Below, in pieces: positions 61,735 to 64,000 of a stretch of DNA of 64,000 nt. The stretch covers positions 7,316,001 through 7,380,000 of the forward strand of contig CM022673.1 in the NCBI GenBank assembly GCA_012295275.1, read 5' to 3'. Numbering within the stretch: position 1 is the stretch's first letter; the number at the start of each line of letters is the position of its first letter. Under the pieces are notes generated by a model. The model was not told the origin of the DNA. It saw only the letters and a list, made by a program, of their open reading frames with translations, and did not search any database. This stretch comes from Chrysomallon squamiferum (lineage: Eukaryota > Animalia > Mollusca). A program made the position numbers and the translations under genes.

Positions 61735-62051
61735 AAGAAGAAGAAGAAGAAGAAGAAAAAGGAGAACAACAACAACACGACATTGAATAACCAGCAACAA
61801 AGAATAGCATTACCAACTATTAGTAGTAGTAGTAGTAGTAGTATCATAATGGTCAACACTATAATTACTATTACGACAACAACAACTACTACTACTACTA
61901 TTACTCTATTACTACGACTACGAACACAAAAGGAAGACAATACTGAAGCAACTAATTTACAGTTTGTATTTAAATGCAATGATTTTTGCAAATACAAGTG
62001 TGAAAATTAATCTATTTTATTTCAACTTACTATTATTATTTGTCAATTTGA

Positions 62052-62104
<53 letters not shown>

Positions 62105-62361
62105 GTAATTGGAGAAGAAGAATTATATTTATTATTTGATTTATTTATTTATTGGCTGATAAGTCTGTTATGTGTTTTATTGTTTATATTTAATAAAATT
62201 AATATTCATATTTCTTTTTTCTGTAAAATATATTATTAATATCATTATAATGCTGCATTTACATTTGCTTTTATTTTGTTACTTTGTTTTGGTCTTTGAC
62301 GAGAATTTTATTTTCATTTGTTCATTTGTTTGGTTATTTACAATTGCATCATTCACCAAGT

Positions 62362-62410
<49 letters not shown>

Positions 62411-63676
62411 AAAGATTAAAAAGGAAAAGAAAACTTTTAACTTACAAAAAACAAAAAAACAACAACAACAACAACAACAAAAGAAGAAATAAAAACGAAA
62501 ATGAAAAACCTCTTCACCCTGACAATAACACTGAAGATTATTAAGTTCTGAGGGCAAATGCCTTCATTGTAATTGTAGACAAGCCCCGCAGTCTTGGAAA
62601 TGAACGATATCGATGGAAAGACGGCAATATAAATTCCTCAAAGGGAAAAGGAATCGGAAATCTCGCCTAATTGAATGTCGTTACAGAAACATCAGCCTTT
62701 CATTAAATACATCACATGGTTTTGACACAAATTGTTTTTCACAGCTGTTTCGGTCTCGTTGTAACGAATTAGCATTTTCCCTTCAATATCCCAAGCGCGC
62801 TGTCTTGTAAAAAGAAAGCAAATTGCAAACCGCCCAAACAATTAGTTCTCGGAAATGGGCATCAAATGCGGAATAAAGTTGATCTTTCGAGTTAGTTAAC
62901 CATGATGAAATCTCAATTTCGACGCGAGGATCCAATTTTGGTTTATGCTGTCAATAAAGAGGCTTTTATTAAATTAGAAGCGAGTCAATAACGTGAAGAT
63001 GTGTCTTTTGGTTCATTTCACGATAGGACTGTCCTGTTTTGATTCCGGCACGCGTTTTTTTTTTTTTTTCGAGTTCTATAGGTCGCTTGACCTGCCGCAC
63101 GTGCAGCGAGTTTGTTTTTGTTAGCTCCATTTTGATTGGCTGCTGTAATTAACCAAATATTTCTTTAATAGTCTCCTATTTAGGCAGGGAAAAAAAAAAA
63201 AAAAAATGTGAGAATGAAATTAGTTGGATTAATTAACGATACACAGTGCAATCCATAATTTTTTTTTTCGAAATTGTTTTTCTTATGTTCATCCAAAATA
63301 AAATTAATTTTATTTGCAGTGACTTGAAGATTTTTCATACCGTGGATGTAAGTATTGAAGAGAATTGTTTATGGCAAGAACAATTAATATGGAGGCATTT
63401 GGTAACATGACTGTAAGATCGTGACCACGTATATATACAGTGAAAATTATCCCGCACTATTGTGTAAAATATTTTCACAAAAAATAAACGTTTTTGAAAG
63501 CAGTTTACACATTTTTTTTTTTTTCCATTAATAAAAAGTTTTTCAAATATTTCTGCGATGTAACAGATTCGGTAAAGGTTTGCAGGAAATAAATTTTAAT
63601 ATTTGTCTTCTCGTATGAAGAAAACGATTTATTAATCGTAATATATGTATATGTTTCTGTTTATATGTGATAGTGC

Positions 63677-63714
<38 letters not shown>

Positions 63715-64000
63715 GAAACGGCACTGTACAATAACATTATGCTGTGTCGCTGTAGTCTAGAAATATGTATATCAATAAACACTACCATAAAAGTTCCCAT
63801 ACAACCAAAGACAGCTATGAAATTGATTTTAAATTATTAAATGAACTCGTTGCCCGTACAGATATGGTTATCTTTCTTTTTACTATTTTTTAATTAATTT
63901 ATTTTTTTCTTATTATTATTATTATTTGTTTTCTTATTATTTTTTCTTGCCATTTTTTTTTTTTTTTTAACCCTTATACCAACTTAGCTATTACACCCTT

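Noticed and set aside
62613-62810. 65 aa ORF MERRQYKFLKGK...
   Set aside because: No recognisable domain or splice context; length is within chance expectation.

Overview
Very AT-rich, microsatellite-dense animal genomic DNA with GT-AG introns; the repeat style looks mollusc-like, but I cannot fix the species. Three spliced genes can be built by hand. Two are paralogous 3-exon claudin/PMP22-family tetraspan genes, 184 aa each, arranged head-to-head (1465-8568 minus, 45025-47226 plus). The third is a 5-exon divergent ETS-domain transcription factor gene (50364-56812 plus). Between the claudin-like genes lies a ~32 kb macrosatellite-like array (~11.0-43.5 kb). It holds six tandem ~4 kb minus-strand units, one truncated unit and one inverted plus-strand unit. 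Each full unit carries a 2-exon gene I do not recognise, encoding a ~105 aa acidic protein. The tandem units have a CCAAT+TATA promoter; all full units have a conserved upstream CRE-like block, a conserved poly(A) signal and a second overlapping +1-frame ORF of 72-73 aa. The units also carry co-amplified hAT- and Tigger-type MITE remnants. Most ORF-track entries are microsatellite artefacts.
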